Shown here: in pieces, positions 25,884 through 34,853 of the stretch
Numbering within the stretch: the first letter of the stretch is position 1
How the letters are laid out: each line of letters begins with the position of its first letter
IMG/VR virus record: IMGVR_UViG_3300020045_004347
Location: 1 to 44,788 of that record
Origin: a virus
Lineage: Duplodnaviria; Caudoviricetes
Direction: 5' to 3' (one strand)
DNA: 44,788 nucleotides
Translations under genes and position numbers: made by a program
The notes under the pieces: generated by a model
Told to the model about the DNA's origin: nothing
Seen by the model: only the letters and a program-made list of their open reading frames with translations
Databases searched by the model: none

Positions 25884-26921
25884 ATGAGTACAATAAATGC
25901 AGGGGATATGCTCAATAAGCCTGCTACGATCAAAAGCAACATCGGCATCGTCACCGCCAGTGGCTACCACTTCTACGACAACTCCACCCTCAACGACTTT
26001 AGGGTTTGTTTCCGACGGGGTTACTTTTCCAAGTTACGTGACTTCGAGCCGATTGATCCAGTTAAACGGCGCGGACTCGAGTTCGGAACCTGCTGGCACG
26101 CTGCGATGGACGTAGTTTGGGGAAGGGCTAAGGAGCTAAGTGATGAGGCTCTCCTCAAGGCCGCCCACGAGAACTTTATGATCGCATGGAACAAGAGTCC
26201 GATATCGCAGGCAGATGATTTCGATCTTTATCCTCGTACTCCAGGACGTGCAGCCGAGATGCTCGTGGAGTACATCTCCCGTTTCGCTGAAGACATCCGG
26301 CGCAAGACTGTAATCGCAATCGAGTCGCCTTTTATCGTCCCACTGACCGACGCCGACGAAAAACTGATGTACATCGGTAAGCTGGATAAAGTAATCCGAG
26401 ACGCGGACGGGGTACGGTTCTGGGATCACAAGAGCGCAGCGTCTTTCAGTAATGCTTGGGTTGATAGTTTCAGTCCCAATAGCCAGTTCGACGGCTACTC
26501 CCACGCTGGCCACATGACGTACGGCGACGAGTTCCAAGGTTGTATGATAGACGGAGCGCTCGTGCAGAAGGCTAAGGTAGACTTCAAGCGCATACCAGTT
26601 AGCAGGATAGCCGCGCAACTTGATGCTTGGCTCTATGAGACACTCTACCTAATCCAGGAGATCCAATACCATGAAAACCTCCTTGCTGAGTATCGTGCTG
26701 CTGGGAGTCGCGATACATGTCTGCGGTGCTTCCCCAAAAACACCAGCCGTTGCACTGAGTACTACGGAACCTGTCCGTACCTTGAACTTTGTAAGTTCCA
26801 AGACAACCCAGACCTTTACCCCATCCAAGAGCTGGTATATCATGAGCACAAGTGGACTCCTTTTAATATCGACGAGACGGCAACAGGTGAGTTTAAGGTC
26901 GAGGTTGTGGAAGGAGAATAG
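25884..26921 (+). CDS. PD-(D/E)XK Cas4-like/RecB-family exonuclease
   Basis: N-terminal Cys, GTCWH, E..GKLD..DHK, QxxxY and C-terminal C..CPY..LC cluster. Confidence 0.85.
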   Translation: MSTINAGDMLNKPATIKSNIGIVTASGYHFYDNSTLNDFRVCFRRGYFSKLRDFEPIDPVKRRGLEFGTCWHAAMDVVWGRAKELSDEALLKAAHENFMIAWNKSPISQADDFDLYPRTPGRAAEMLVEYISRFAEDIRRKTVIAIESPFIVPLTDADEKLMYIGKLDKVIRDADGVRFWDHKSAASFSNAWVDSFSPNSQFDGYSHAGHMTYGDEFQGCMIDGALVQKAKVDFKRIPVSRIAAQLDAWLYETLYLIQEIQYHENLLAEYRAAGSRDTCLRCFPKNTSRCTEYYGTCPYLELCKFQDNPDLYPIQELVYHEHKWTPFNIDETATGEFKVEVVEGE

Positions 26922-26960
26922 GCTGGAGTTTTACAAACTAAAGTACGGAGGTACTTAGCT

Positions 26961-27209
26961 ATGGACTTTGTGGATGCTGCTAATTACGGCGACGTAGCAA
27001 TAAAACCTTGCCCATTCTGTGGTAAAGTAGATGCACTGAAGTTAATAGATTCAACTGAGGTGTATCCGGAAGATAGAGACGAATCTTTTGTGATGTATCA
27101 AGTCGTCTGTGACGCCTCGACTGACGCCTGTGAGGCTGGTTGCGGTGCTTGCAACGGGTGGCAACGTAGCCAAGCTGAGGCCATCATTAACTGGAATATA
27201 CGAAACTAA
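26961..27209 (+). CDS. Lar-family (restriction alleviation-like) Zn-ribbon protein
   Basis: KPCPFCG..VVC..CGA..EAIINWN. Confidence 0.75.
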   Translation: MDFVDAANYGDVAIKPCPFCGKVDALKLIDSTEVYPEDRDESFVMYQVVCDASTDACEAGCGACNGWQRSQAEAIINWNIRN

Positions 27210-27237
27210 CTAAACCCAAACGAAAGGAAACCAAACC

Positions 27238-28071
27238 ATGCCAATGATCTCAGAATGCAACACTCAAGACAGAATACGATTCCTCCTGTATGGTAACATC
27301 GGTAGCGGGAAGACGACTCTCCTGCGCACCCTGCCTGGCAAGAAGTTTATTTACATGTTCGACCCGAGCGGGCGCTCCTCTCTGAAAAGCGACGACAACA
27401 TCTGGATCGAGGAGTTCCTGCCGGACTCCCTGCCTATCAACGTCACGACGATTAAGGGGGTGACTAGTAGCACCTCGGTTATCAACTACGAGATATACAA
27501 ACTCTGGGAGGCGGACTTCAATCGTCGCATCTCGGAAGACTGGTTCAAAAAGGAGGGTTTCAGTGCCATCTGTTTCGACAGCCTCACAACGTTCGGTGAT
27601 ATTGTCTTTGATCAAATCCTCGCCCTTTCTGGAAGACTTGGTAAGAGTCCCGAGATTTCAGATTACGGAATGCAAGCGAATGCTATCAGCAGAGTTGTTC
27701 GTCTGGCGACAGCCCAGGACTGTGTCGTCGCTTTTACGGGGCATGAAAAATCGGCACAAGACAAACTCCTCCGTACTATCAGTAATCAAATCATGGTTCC
27801 AGGGCAACTCACGCAGAAGCTCCCAATACTCTTCAGTGACATCTACCACTGCAAGGTTGATCGCGTTGGCTCGACGGTGAAGTACATCGTTGAGACTGTG
27901 CCGAGTGAGCTCTTCCCAACTGCTCGCTGCAGTATGCAACTGCCACCCGAGGTAGACGTAACCCTTAAGGCAGGCGAGAGCGACCTCACCAAGCAAGGGC
28001 TCGGTAAGATACTCCGAGAGAAAGGAGTTTGGACGGATGTCAAAGAAGCCTCGCAAACAGTACAGTCCTAG
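27238..28071 (+). CDS. Sak4-like/AAA_24 ATPase (recombinase)
   Basis: LLYGNIGSGKTT, FDSLT and FTGHEK motifs; between nuclease and SSB. Confidence 0.85.
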   Translation: MPMISECNTQDRIRFLLYGNIGSGKTTLLRTLPGKKFIYMFDPSGRSSLKSDDNIWIEEFLPDSLPINVTTIKGVTSSTSVINYEIYKLWEADFNRRISEDWFKKEGFSAICFDSLTTFGDIVFDQILALSGRLGKSPEISDYGMQANAISRVVRLATAQDCVVAFTGHEKSAQDKLLRTISNQIMVPGQLTQKLPILFSDIYHCKVDRVGSTVKYIVETVPSELFPTARCSMQLPPEVDVTLKAGESDLTKQGLGKILREKGVWTDVKEASQTVQS

Positions 28072-28288
28072 ACAACTAGCCGTGCAGTTCAACTTCGCCC
28101 ACTACGCACGCATACGAGGTCACTGTCTCGACCTAGCAAACATAGCAAAGGCTTTCGATAGGGCTGATATCAAACAAGAGATACGCATTATTGAACTAGC
28201 CTTGCTAGTCGAACTTGAAGCTCAGTGCGCGGCTATACGGAACAAACCGCCAGATGGGGGTTTAAGCTATGAAAACAGTTCTTTTTGA
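28037..28288 (+). CDS. Hypothetical protein
   Basis: AAGGAG SD; 83 aa. Confidence 0.55.
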   Translation: MSKKPRKQYSPRQLAVQFNFAHYARIRGHCLDLANIAKAFDRADIKQEIRIIELALLVELEAQCAAIRNKPPDGGLSYENSSF

Positions 28289-28424
28289 TTGTGCTCTTCC
28301 GTTAAAACCTGGTGAGTATAAAACTATAGTTACCTACATAAATAAGGAAGGTCTACTTCATATCCGCGTAGGCCTTCAGTACGAAGATACAGATCTGTTA
28401 GTGCAACCACGGAAGCGCAAGTAG
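28269..28424 (+). CDS. Hypothetical 51 aa protein
   Basis: ORF overlaps the previous gene and fills the gap. Confidence 0.45.
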   Translation: MKTVLFDCALPLKPGEYKTIVTYINKEGLLHIRVGLQYEDTDLLVQPRKRK

Positions 28425-28460
28425 CGCCCACGAGAGGCGAACGAAAGGAGGTGAGTAAAA

Positions 28461-28580
28461 ATGCCAGCTAACGTAAAGTGTGAATCTACGGAGTGTAAAC
28501 ACTGTGACTTGGAGTCGAACTGCCAAGCCCCAGAAATCGAGATCGACACAGATGCAGAGTGCCTCAGCTTCGAGGAGTAA
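28461..28580 (+). CDS. DUF1540-like Cys-rich mini-protein (39 aa)
   Basis: VKCESTECKH..CQAPEIEI..ECLSF; AAGGAGGTGA SD. Confidence 0.7.
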   Translation: MPANVKCESTECKHCDLESNCQAPEIEIDTDAECLSFEE

Positions 28581-28668
28581 CTACACCGACCATCGACAGC
28601 GAAACTAACCGATCACCTAACTATCCCAACCAGAGATAGGTACAAACAACCAACTAAGGAGTAACAAA

Positions 28669-29118
28669 ATGAGCTTTATCGACATGCCTATGGATATCGA
28701 AGACGTAACAGAACCGAAAGCAGGCCCTGAAGGCGACTATCAACTGATGATTTCTGGCGTGAAGTGCAAACTCCTGAACGACACCTATGTCGCAGCGGAA
28801 AGCTGGGCGCAAGCCCCTGAACCGCTCAAAGGTTTGCTGGTGATCTGCGAGCCAATCTCCGGTCCTGTCGGCGTCAACATCGAGGACGTCACAAACGTCC
28901 TGCACAACGTCTCCCTGCCGATTGCCGGCGACGATCAGGAGAAGGTGAAGAACAAGATGCTGTTCGTGAAACGCTTCCTGATGGTGTTCGGGATTCCTAT
29001 GAACGGCACTCAACTCGACCCGACGGCCTTCATCGGTAAGCAAGCGAAGTGCCACTTGATTCAGGACAACTACAACGACACCATCTCTAACAAGATCAAG
29101 CTGCCGAACCTGCGCTGA
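28669..29118 (+). CDS. Single-stranded DNA-binding protein (DUF669-like)
   Basis: PEGDYQLMI..FIGKQAKCHL..YN..NKIK; follows the Sak4-like gene. Confidence 0.7.
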   Translation: MSFIDMPMDIEDVTEPKAGPEGDYQLMISGVKCKLLNDTYVAAESWAQAPEPLKGLLVICEPISGPVGVNIEDVTNVLHNVSLPIAGDDQEKVKNKMLFVKRFLMVFGIPMNGTQLDPTAFIGKQAKCHLIQDNYNDTISNKIKLPNLR

Positions 29119-29170
29119 AGAGCTCAGCTTCAGGATTGGTATGAAGATGAACCTTTCTTGAGGTAGTAAC

Positions 29171-29270
29171 AGTTAGGGGTGAGGCGAAGATCGGTATCTA
29201 AGGTGTATGGATTCAAGTGCGTCCGTCGTCGATTGCCTACCTTATGCCAGTAGCCTCACCCCTATTAACT
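29171..29270 (+). ncRNA. Structured RNA candidate 3
   Basis: Closing stem TAGGGGTGAGGC/GCCTCACCCCTA with nested inner stems. Confidence 0.6.
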
Positions 29271-29291
29271 TTAGTAAAAAGGAGCTGCCGA

Positions 29292-29531
29292 ATGGCACAA
29301 CCAAACCCCGATCCAAACAGTATGGTTCGACTCTCCATAGACGTCCCGCACTCCCTAATGCGTCGCCTCGATAAGCACATCCCTTGGGGCCTCAAAAGTG
29401 ACGTATTCAGGGAGATGGCCGCCCACCTATGCGACCTGATGGACAAGGAAGGGAGTCGGAAGATCCTCTACCTGATAGCTGATAAGAAGTTTAACATTCC
29501 AGAAAGCCTCGTTGAGGGGAAGGAGTTGTAA
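29292..29531 (+). CDS. Ribbon-helix-helix-like transcription regulator
   Basis: VRLSIDVPHSLMRRLD..KSDVFREM; AAGGAG SD. Confidence 0.7.
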   Translation: MAQPNPDPNSMVRLSIDVPHSLMRRLDKHIPWGLKSDVFREMAAHLCDLMDKEGSRKILYLIADKKFNIPESLVEGKEL

Positions 29532-29532
29532 G

Positions 29533-29667
29533 ATGCGCTGCTCAAGATGTGGTTGTACTAAACCTTGCGGATGCGATAACTACTCCCAAGGAAATACTTG
29601 CAGTAAGTGTGGTTGCACGAAGCCTTGTGCTTGTGATAACTACGGCAGTTCGGAGGACGAAGCATGA
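29533..29667 (+). CDS. Metallothionein-like 44 aa peptide (not in ORF track)
   Basis: Two copies of CSxCGCTKPCxCDNY; AAGGAG SD; ATGA overlap with the next gene. Confidence 0.75.
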   Translation: MRCSRCGCTKPCGCDNYSQGNTCSKCGCTKPCACDNYGSSEDEA

Positions 29668-29882
29668 ACATACATGACCTAAAGACCAGCATCTCAGAAA
29701 TGTCTGACGAGAGTATCCTCGAAGCAATTCGCCTCCTCCGCCACTCTCGCACAACCGAGGACGTTGTGCGAGTCGTCAAGGTGAAGGCCGCCGCGAAGAA
29801 GGAAGACGATATGGTGGCTAAGCTGATGAAACTTGCAGGGGGAAAGGACGCCCTTGAGAAACTGCTCGCCGGCCTTACCTAA
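29664..29882 (+). CDS. Hypothetical helical protein
   Basis: GGAGG SD; 72 aa. Confidence 0.65.
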   Translation: MNIHDLKTSISEMSDESILEAIRLLRHSRTTEDVVRVVKVKAAAKKEDDMVAKLMKLAGGKDALEKLLAGLT

Positions 29883-29908
29883 CCATGCAATTCCCGCACA
29901 ATCAACTA
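29879..29908 (+). promoter_or_regulatory. Dispersed operator-like motif copy upstream of the ParB-MTase gene
   Basis: CTAACC ATGCAATTCCCGCAC AATCAACTA. Confidence 0.7.
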
Positions 29909-29925
29909 TGAAAGGAGTACCAACT

Positions 29926-31347
29926 GTGGCAACTTGCCCTAAGTGTTTTAAAGACCTACCCCCCGAAGCGAAGACCTGCACCGACTGTTACGACGCCAAT
30001 GGTAACGCTATTAAGAAAGCCCTCGCGGAGTATGTAGACCGAAGGGAAATCCGAGTAGGTGAGCGTTTCCGCACTGAGTACAAAGACATCGAAGCATTAG
30101 CCGCCTCTATAAAGAACTTCGGTCTTCTCCAGTATCCAGTCCTCGACCAGGACAACAACCTCGTAGCCGGTGGGAGGCGCCTTCAAGCTATGGAGGCACT
30201 CGGCTGGACTAAAATCCCCATCACACGCAAGAGTGGCGTCTCGGAGCTGCGCCTAAGGGAGATGGAACTTGAAGAAAACATTCAGAGAGTTAACCTTACG
30301 TGGCAGGAGGACACTAAACTCCGCCAGCAGATCCTTAAGATCAAGCAGGAGATATACGGAGTCAAGGGTGCAGGAAAGAGCAGCACTGGTATTTCAGCTA
30401 ATGAGATCGCGGTGGGAATGGGAGAATCTCCATCCAGTTTCTCCGCAGATGTCCGTTTGGCGGAAGCTATGGATGTCATTCCTGGCCTCTCGGATTGCAA
30501 GGATAAAGCCTCCGCCTTCAAGATGATGAAGCAACTCTACGAGAAGCTACTCGTGGATGAACTGGAGACTCGCCGTCAAGACTCCCCCCACACCCTTTCG
30601 ACTGCCGTCACGAAGGCAGATGCTTGGTTCAAAATCGGAGACGCCATCACAGAGCTGGAGCAGACAACCGAAAACCAAGGTTGGGGTTTCATAGACGTAG
30701 ACACCCCCTACGCAATAGACCTCATGAACATCAAGAAAGGCGACAGCGATGATCTCCTCATCAAACACAACTACCTTGAGTGGACGCCAGAGAACTATGT
30801 TCGAGACTGCACGAGAACGGCAAAAGAACTTTACCGCTTGGCCGCGCCTGACTGTTTTATGGTCTGGTGGTTCGCAATCCAGTGGTATCAGCCTCTCTAC
30901 CAGCTACTTACACAATGCGCTGAGAAGAACCCAGAGTTCTCTTGGAATGTAAGACCCGTACCTGGTGTATGGTATGCTAAAGGAGGTAGTCAAACCAATG
31001 CACCTGAAACTAACTTGGCCAGTTCTTATGAAGCCTTCTTCATCTGCTCAAAAGGTAAGCCTGCTATCCAGCAGCGAGGCCGTGCCAACGTGTTCGAGTT
31101 TCAGAAGCTATCTCCAGACAAAAAGATTCACCCAACTGAGAAGCCTATTGAACTTTATGCCGAGCTTCTACGTACGTTTGCTCGTCCAAGTACTCCCTGC
31201 TACAGTGCTTACTTGGGGAGTGGTGTTGCTATTAGGGCGGCTCTTTCGTTAGGTATGCAGCTTGAAGGGCGAGACCTTAATGAGGAAGTTAAGAAGAGGT
31301 TCCTTTGCAAAGTACAAGAGGAGAATCCAAATGATAACGCCACTTAA
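29926..31347 (+). CDS. Zn-ribbon/ParB-like/HTH/amino-methyltransferase fusion
   Basis: CPKC..CTDC; LAASIKNFGLLQYP..AGGRRL; EENIQR; DTPY, HPTEKP and YLGSG; GTG start after AAGGAG. Confidence 0.85.
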   Translation: MATCPKCFKDLPPEAKTCTDCYDANGNAIKKALAEYVDRREIRVGERFRTEYKDIEALAASIKNFGLLQYPVLDQDNNLVAGGRRLQAMEALGWTKIPITRKSGVSELRLREMELEENIQRVNLTWQEDTKLRQQILKIKQEIYGVKGAGKSSTGISANEIAVGMGESPSSFSADVRLAEAMDVIPGLSDCKDKASAFKMMKQLYEKLLVDELETRRQDSPHTLSTAVTKADAWFKIGDAITELEQTTENQGWGFIDVDTPYAIDLMNIKKGDSDDLLIKHNYLEWTPENYVRDCTRTAKELYRLAAPDCFMVWWFAIQWYQPLYQLLTQCAEKNPEFSWNVRPVPGVWYAKGGSQTNAPETNLASSYEAFFICSKGKPAIQQRGRANVFEFQKLSPDKKIHPTEKPIELYAELLRTFARPSTPCYSAYLGSGVAIRAALSLGMQLEGRDLNEEVKKRFLCKVQEENPNDNAT

Positions 31348-31681
31348 AGTAGATTTCGATGCTATCGAAAAGTCCAACGAGGAACCTTGTAAAGGACTTT
31401 GCTTCCGTGGTTACACTAATACGCATTGGTTTGGAGATAAGTTTCGTGTAACTAACGAACTCCGCCTACTGAAAAAGCGCTCTTGCCCGGGATGTGCTCA
31501 GTGTAGTTACTTAACAGAGGAACTCCAGTCAAATGTTATTGTGCTTACTCCGGAAATAGAACACGGAAAGCTATACGAACTGAGAGTAACTAACGTATCC
31601 CGTGACTACGAGTCTGGTATAGTAGATGATTGGAACGTAGAGTTTTGCAAGGTGCGGGAGGAGAATCCAAGTGAACCATAA
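31331..31681 (+). CDS. Hypothetical protein
   Basis: LLKKRSCPGCAQC; RDYESGIVDDW. Confidence 0.7.
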   Translation: MITPLKVDFDAIEKSNEEPCKGLCFRGYTNTHWFGDKFRVTNELRLLKKRSCPGCAQCSYLTEELQSNVIVLTPEIEHGKLYELRVTNVSRDYESGIVDDWNVEFCKVREENPSEP

Positions 31682-32156
31682 CCACTACATGCTGCAAGCC
31701 CGTGACTTTGCTGTTCACTCCAACTGCTTACGACGCCGCATCGGAGTTGTGTTCCGCTACCCAGGCTTTATGTTTACCGGAGCTAATGCACCAACGGTAA
31801 AGTGCCGCGCCTGTAATCGTGCTAAGGGGGACTGTCCTGCTATTCACGCGGAGGTAAAGACTCTCCTACTTGCTGGGAGTTTCGCAACACGACCTAACAC
31901 TGCGCTGTACATCTGGGCAGAGATACCTTGCGTGGCTTGCCTTTCGTTTATCGCGGAGTACACGGAACACAACTGTAACTACATACACTGCCTAACTCAA
32001 GCGAGCTACGCCAAGGAATACCCCAACGTTCTTGCTTACACTGAGTCCATAGCAGTCCGCCACGCCTACGCCTTAAAGCTAGGCATAACTATTTACGAGC
32101 ATGATGCTCAAGAACTACTCCGGCCAGTGGAGACCAAACATGAACAGCTTCATTGA
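31671..32156 (+). CDS. dCMP deaminase-like protein
   Basis: SNCLRRRIG, HAE and PCVAC zinc-deaminase motifs. Confidence 0.85.
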   Translation: MNHNHYMLQARDFAVHSNCLRRRIGVVFRYPGFMFTGANAPTVKCRACNRAKGDCPAIHAEVKTLLLAGSFATRPNTALYIWAEIPCVACLSFIAEYTEHNCNYIHCLTQASYAKEYPNVLAYTESIAVRHAYALKLGITIYEHDAQELLRPVETKHEQLH

Positions 32157-34839
32157 TCTACCAGACTTAACAACCACAGGTCTCAATGTAATAAAGCCTA
32201 ACAGTCGAATCTGCATCTTAACCGACTACCCTTCCAACGACGACGCTAGGAACGGGCGTGCATTCAGTGACGCAGCTGGGCAACTCCTTACGATCGCCCT
32301 CAGCCAGAACGGTATTACGCTGGCCGAGTGCTCGGTAGTGTACGTTATCCCTGAGCCGCAAACCTACGCAACTCTCGCACCGATGTGGTCGCCGAAACAC
32401 GGCTTCACCACTCTCGGTAACGCCAACATCGAGATCGTAAAAGACGCACTCACTCGCATAAACCCCAATGTAGTGTTTGCACTTGGCGAAATCTCCTTGC
32501 AAGCCATAACAGCTAAGCACTCTATAACAAAGTGGAGAGGCTCCATACTGGAGAGTAGCGTTAAGGTAGGCCAGAAGGTTATCCCAACCACTGCCCCTAG
32601 GGAGTGCGTGAAGATGTACCTTTGGCGGTACTTCCTAGCTCAGGACGCAAAGAAGCTCTCGAAGGAGATCTACTCACCTGCCATTAACCTACCGGCGAGG
32701 AACCTCCGTATCGAGCCTAGCTTCGCCGAGGCTATGTCTTATATGATGGCTATCAAACTGAGGGATGTATGCAAGATTGCGGTCGATATTGAGTGTATAA
32801 AGGGGTGTGCTGAGAAGGGCATCACCTGCATCTCGCTCGCGATCAGCCCGCTGGACTGTATGTCCATACCTTTCGACAACCGCTGGAGTGAGCACGAGGA
32901 GCTTGAGCTCTGGAAGATGTTAGCCGAAGTGCTGGAGGATAAAAACATTGCGAAGATCTATCAGAACGGAATCGACTTTGATACTGTCTATCTGCTGGCT
33001 GTACATAATATTTTCCCAGGTGGTTTTCTGCATGACACTATGGTTAAACATGCACTCAATTATCCCGATTTTCCTAAATCTCTTGCTTTCCTTACAAGCA
33101 TCTATACTGACGAGCCTTACTATAAAGACGATGGCAAGGAGGGAAAAGTAGGCAGCGGACAACAGAGAGAGTTCTTCATCTATAACGCTAAGGACTCAGC
33201 GGTTGACTTTGAGATCAACAACAAAGTAGATGAGGAGTTACGTAAGTACGGCAACGAGGAGACCTATAAGTTCCTCACGCGTCTAGCCGAACCCCTTCTG
33301 TACATGCAACTTCGAGGGGTTAAGGTAGACCGAGCTGGTATTAAGAAGCTCGCTATTGAGGCGGAGGCTTCTATCATCGAGAAGCAACATCAGCTGGACT
33401 TTCTCGTAGGTGATCGGCTACCGTTAAGCACGAAGGCCCAACGTAAAAACTACGAATACGAACGCCTGAACCCCAACTCCACAAAGCAATGCATTAACTA
33501 TTTCTACAACCTACTAAAGATGAAACCACAAACCAAGACAAGTAAAGACGCAACAACTAAGGAGCGCAAAACAACTGTTACGACCGACACCAAAGCTATG
33601 GGGCGACTCTATCGGATGTACCGTAACGAAGAGACGCTGCTCGTTAAACAGATCCGAGGGATTCGCAAACTAAAGGGCACCTATCTGGATATGAACATTG
33701 ATAGTGACGATCGGCTCAGGTGTCAGTTTCGTATCGCAGGTACTGTTACAGGGCGACTCTCGAGTTCCGCTACTATTTTCGGCACTGGTAGTAACATGCA
33801 GAACTTGCCCTTGACGTTCAAGGAGTTCTTAGTCGCAGACGATGGCTATATTCTCTGTGACCTAGACAAGGCACAGGCCGAGTGGGTAGCTTCCGCCTAC
33901 ATCTTCAACGATGCCAATATGATCCAGGCGGTTGAGGATAACGCTGATATTCATATCCGAACTGCGGCGATGATGTTTAAAGCGCCTGAGAGCGTAATCA
34001 AGAAGGAAGACTCTTACTTAGGAGGTTCGACTGATGAACTCTGGATTGCGGAACAGCGCCAGAAGATGCTTGAGGAGACTGGGATCGACGTTTTGCAGTA
34101 CGGGCCGTTACCCAATATGTCTATGCGACAGTCGGGTAAGAAGTGCAATCACTCCTTTAACTATGGCCTTTCCCCTCAAGGTTTTAGTATCCAGTATGAT
34201 ATGCCCTTACCGTTTAGTAAAAAATGCCACGCACTTTACCACGCGGGGTATCCTGGTATACACCACGGACACAAACGGATAGAGGCTGAGATCGTTAACA
34301 CAAGAACGCTTACTAACCTATTCGGAAGAAAGAGGCGCTTCTTAGGCCGTATCGAAGACAGCCTATACAAGGCTGCGTACTCTTATAAACCTCAGAGCAC
34401 AGTCGGCGAGCTTCTAAATCGCGGTATTGTAACTACCTACAACGATCAGTTCGACCCGGCAAAAGCATCAGTGATGCGGCCGCAGGAAATTCTAAACCAA
34501 GTACATGACAACCTTCTCTTCCAATACCCTATACGTACCGAGGAGGAGATAGAAAACTTCGCACACTGTATAATGCGGACCAAAGGGAATCTTGACATCC
34601 CACTGACCGCCAACGGACGCACCTTCGTAATCAAAACCGACGGGAAGATTGGATTCAACGGGAAGATAATGGAGAAGATAGACCTCTCTTCTTACGACGC
34701 TTGCCTCGCTAGCGTAAAGAAGGGAATCGACACTCTCCGAACCAACGCCAATAATGCTAATAATAAAATCGACAAACTCTTAGAGGAAATCGACGAGTTA
34801 GAAGGAGATGAAGATGAACTTGATGGTGAACTTGAATAA
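32140..34839 (+). CDS. polA: Family A DNA polymerase with N-terminal UDG-like and 3'-5' exonuclease domains
   Basis: DIE, QNGIDFD and YNAKD exonuclease motifs; TVTGRLSS, DKAQAE, RQSGKKCNHSFNYG and VHDN polymerase motifs. Confidence 0.93.
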   Translation: MNSFIDLPDLTTTGLNVIKPNSRICILTDYPSNDDARNGRAFSDAAGQLLTIALSQNGITLAECSVVYVIPEPQTYATLAPMWSPKHGFTTLGNANIEIVKDALTRINPNVVFALGEISLQAITAKHSITKWRGSILESSVKVGQKVIPTTAPRECVKMYLWRYFLAQDAKKLSKEIYSPAINLPARNLRIEPSFAEAMSYMMAIKLRDVCKIAVDIECIKGCAEKGITCISLAISPLDCMSIPFDNRWSEHEELELWKMLAEVLEDKNIAKIYQNGIDFDTVYLLAVHNIFPGGFLHDTMVKHALNYPDFPKSLAFLTSIYTDEPYYKDDGKEGKVGSGQQREFFIYNAKDSAVDFEINNKVDEELRKYGNEETYKFLTRLAEPLLYMQLRGVKVDRAGIKKLAIEAEASIIEKQHQLDFLVGDRLPLSTKAQRKNYEYERLNPNSTKQCINYFYNLLKMKPQTKTSKDATTKERKTTVTTDTKAMGRLYRMYRNEETLLVKQIRGIRKLKGTYLDMNIDSDDRLRCQFRIAGTVTGRLSSSATIFGTGSNMQNLPLTFKEFLVADDGYILCDLDKAQAEWVASAYIFNDANMIQAVEDNADIHIRTAAMMFKAPESVIKKEDSYLGGSTDELWIAEQRQKMLEETGIDVLQYGPLPNMSMRQSGKKCNHSFNYGLSPQGFSIQYDMPLPFSKKCHALYHAGYPGIHHGHKRIEAEIVNTRTLTNLFGRKRRFLGRIEDSLYKAAYSYKPQSTVGELLNRGIVTTYNDQFDPAKASVMRPQEILNQVHDNLLFQYPIRTEEEIENFAHCIMRTKGNLDIPLTANGRTFVIKTDGKIGFNGKIMEKIDLSSYDACLASVKKGIDTLRTNANNANNKIDKLLEEIDELEGDEDELDGELE

Positions 34840-34853
34840 TCGGAGGCAGCACT

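Noticed and set aside
25884-26921. Cas4-like gene as part of a CRISPR system
   Set aside because: No other cas genes or repeat-spacer array. The nuclease/Sak4/SSB context indicates recombination.
29900-29912. AATCAA part of the dispersed motif as an IHF site
   Set aside because: The required TTR four bases downstream is absent.
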